Below, piece after piece: positions 60,838 through 64,000 of a DNA stretch of 64,000 bases (position 1 is the first letter of the stretch; each line of letters begins with the position of its first letter). Source of the DNA: the human T2T-CHM13v2.0 reference genome, Homo sapiens; NCBI RefSeq assembly GCF_009914755.1, contig NC_060947.1. The stretch is one strand, 5' to 3'. The notes under the pieces are model-generated. The model made no database searches. It saw only the letters and a list, made by a program, of their open reading frames with translations, and was not told the DNA's origin. The position numbers and the translations under genes are program-made.

Positions 60838-61292
60838 GTTTATTGCAGAACTATTCACAATAGCAAAGACTTGGAACCAACCCAAATGTCCAACAATGAT
60901 AGACTGGATTAAGAAAATGTGGCACATATACACCATGGAATACTATGCAGCCATAAAAATGATGAGTTCATGTCCTTTGTAGGGACATGGATGAAGCTGG
61001 AAACCATCATTCTCAGCAAACTATCACAAGGACAAAAAACCAAACACCGCATGTTCTCACTCATAGGTGGGAATTGAACAATGAGAACACATGGACACAG
61101 GAAGGGGAACATCACACACTGGGGACTGTTGTGGGGTCAGGGGAGGGGGGGAGGGAGAGCATTAGGAGATGTACCTAATGATAAATGACGAGTTAATGGG
61201 TGCAGCACACCAACATGGCACATGTATACATATGTAACAAACCTGCATGTTGTGCACATGTACCCTAAAACTTAAAGTATAATAATAATAAA
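60838..61292 (+). mobile_element. 5'-truncated L1PA4/5-like 3' end
   Basis: L1PA 3'UTR with (aat)n tail; AATTGTTTA repeated at 60834-60842 and 61293-61301. Confidence 0.9.
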
Positions 61293-61703
61293 AATTGTTT
61301 AAATTCAAGGAGAAATTTTGGAGTTGAAATTGGCATACTGAAGAATGCATCAGAGTCCTTTAATAGTAGAACTGATCAAGCAGAAAATAATAGTAAGCTT
61401 GAAAACAGGCTATTTGAAAATAGTCAGATGAGACAAAAGAAAAAGATCTTGAAAGAATGAAGCATGCCTACAAGATCTAGAAAATAGCCTCAAAAAGGCA
61501 AATTTAAGAGTTATTGGCTTTAAAGAGTAGATAAAGAAATAGGAGTAGAAAGTTTATTCAAAGGAATAACATAGAACTTCCCATACCTAGAGGAAGATAT
61601 CAATATCGAAGTACGAGAAGGTTAGATAACATCAAGCAAATGTAACCCAAAGAAGACACTTCAAAGCACTTAGTTATCAAATTCTCAAAGATGAAGGATT
61701 CTA

Positions 61704-62060
<357 letters not shown>

Positions 62061-63323
62061 TCAGGCCAGAAAAGAGTAGCATGACATATTTAAAGTACTA
62101 AAGGGAAAACAAAAATGTTTACCCTAGAATAGTATATCTGGTGAATTTACCCTTCAAACATGAAGAAATAAAAACTTTCTCAGACAAAGAAAAGTTGAGG
62201 GATTTAATCAACACCAGATTTGTTCTACAAAAAAAAATGATAAAGGAAATACTTCAATTAAAAAAAAAGGATGTTAATGAACAACAAGAAAACAGCTAAA
62301 GGTACAAAACTCACTGCTAATAGTAAGTACACAGAAAAACACAGAATATTATAACACTGTAACTGTGATGTGTAAACTACTCATACCTTAATTAGAAAGA
62401 CTAAACAATGAACCAATAAAAATAATAACTTCAGCAACTTTTCAAGACATAGTGCAATAAGATATTAATAATAAAAGGTTTCAAAGCAGGGGAATGAAGT
62501 TATAATGTACCGTCTTTATTGGTTTTTGTTTGTCTGTTTATGTAAACAGTGTTATGTTTTTATCAGGTTAAAATAATGGGTTATAAGAAAGTATTTGCAA
62601 GCCTCATGTTCACCACAAATGTAAAACATACAATGGATACACACACAAAAAAAGCAAGAAATTAAATCATACCACTAGAGAAAATCACCTTCACTAAAAG
62701 AAAGACAAGAAGGAAGGAAAGAAGGAAGGAAAGAAGGAAGAAAGAGAAGACCACAAAACAACCAGAAAACACATAACAAAATGACAAAATAGGTCTTTAC
62801 TTATTAATAATAACATTGAATATAAATGGACTAAATTCTCCAATCAAAAGACATAGAGTGGCTGAATGGATAAGAAAACAAGCCCAATGATCTGTTGCCT
62901 AGGAAAAACACACTTTACCTATAAATATACACAGACTGACAATAAAATGATAGAAAATGATACGCCATGAAAACAGAAACCAAAAAGAACAGAATTTACT
63001 CTTCTTATATCAAAGTATATTTCAAGGCAGAAACTATAAGAAGAGACAAAGAATTTCAATATATAATGATAAAGAGTCAATTTAGCAAGATAATACAACA
63101 ATTTGAAATTATGTATGTACCTAATGATAGAGCACCCAGATATAAAAAGCATATAATTTTTAGAGCTAAAGAGAGAGATAAACTGCAATACAATAATAGC
63201 TGGAGACTTCAACACTCTTCTTTCAGTGTTGACAGATCTGACAGAGAAAATCAACAAAAAAATGGGACTTAATTTGCACTATAGACCAAATGGATCTAAT
63301 AAATATGTATACAACATTTCATC

Positions 63324-63799
63324 TGTATTTGTCAGGGTTCTCTAGAGGGACAGAACTAATATGATAGATAGATAAATAGATAGATAGATAGATATAGATA
63401 GATACAAAGGGGAGTTTATTAAGTAGTATTATCTCACATGATCTCAAGGTCCCACAATAGGTCATCTGCAAGCTGAGGAGCAAGGAAGTCAGTCCGAGTC
63501 CCAAAGCTGAAGAACTTGGAGTCTAACATTTGAGGGCAGGAAGCATCCAGCACAGGATAAAGATATAGGCTGGGAGGCTAAGCCAGTCTACCCTTTTCAT
63601 ATTCTTCTGCCTGCTTTATATTCTGGCCATGCTGGCAGCTGATTAGATGGTGCCCACCCAGATTAAGGGTGGGTCTGCCTTTCCCAGTCCACTGACTCAA
63701 ATGTTAATCTCCTTTGGCAACACCCTCACAGACGCACCCAGGATCAATACTTTGCATCCTTCAATCCAATCAAGCTGACACTCAGTATTAACCATCATA
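63324..63799 (-). mobile_element. MLT2A1-like ERVL solo LTR with (GATA)n
   Basis: tgtatttgtcagggttctctagagggacagaactaata...cagtattaaccatcata; perfect 5-bp TSD TCATC (63319-63323, 63800-63804). Confidence 0.92.
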
Positions 63800-64000
63800 T
63801 CATCCAAGAGTTGCAGATTACACATTCACTTTCTCAGCCCACGGATTATTTTCAAGGATTGACCATAAGTTAGGTCACAAAACAAGTCGTAAAACATTCA
63901 AAAACTGAAATAATATCAAGTGTCTTCTTTGACCACAATGAAATAACCAAGGGAATATTGGAAACTATACATATAAATGGAAATTAATATGTGTTTAAAT

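Overview
AT-rich, repeat-dense genomic DNA from a hominoid primate (human or great ape, judged from an AluY and an L1PA2-type 3' end). It is intergenic or deep intronic, and I recognise no intact protein-coding gene. Most of the long ORFs in the track are decayed LINE-1 ORF1/ORF2, Alu, ERV or Tigger sequence. The window contains many L1 fragments (L1PA2 to L1M), five Alus and an Alu monomer, four MaLR/ERVL solo LTRs, a full-length two-LTR non-coding ERV1 provirus with a tRNA-Ile primer binding site, a full-length decayed Tigger1, MER47, MER20, MER91, and L2/MIR relics. The most informative structures are rearrangement scars. (1) A roughly 8-12 kb inversion, revealed because the two target-site duplications of one twin-primed L1 now lie 9.3 kb apart in opposite orientation; shared private variants mark the likely L1-L1 crossover or conversion tract. 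(2) A patchwork templated insertion inside an L1 that copies DNA from 4.5 kb downstream. Subfamily names are from memory of consensus sequences and need RepeatMasker/Dfam confirmation. No new biological system can be demonstrated from the sequence alone.
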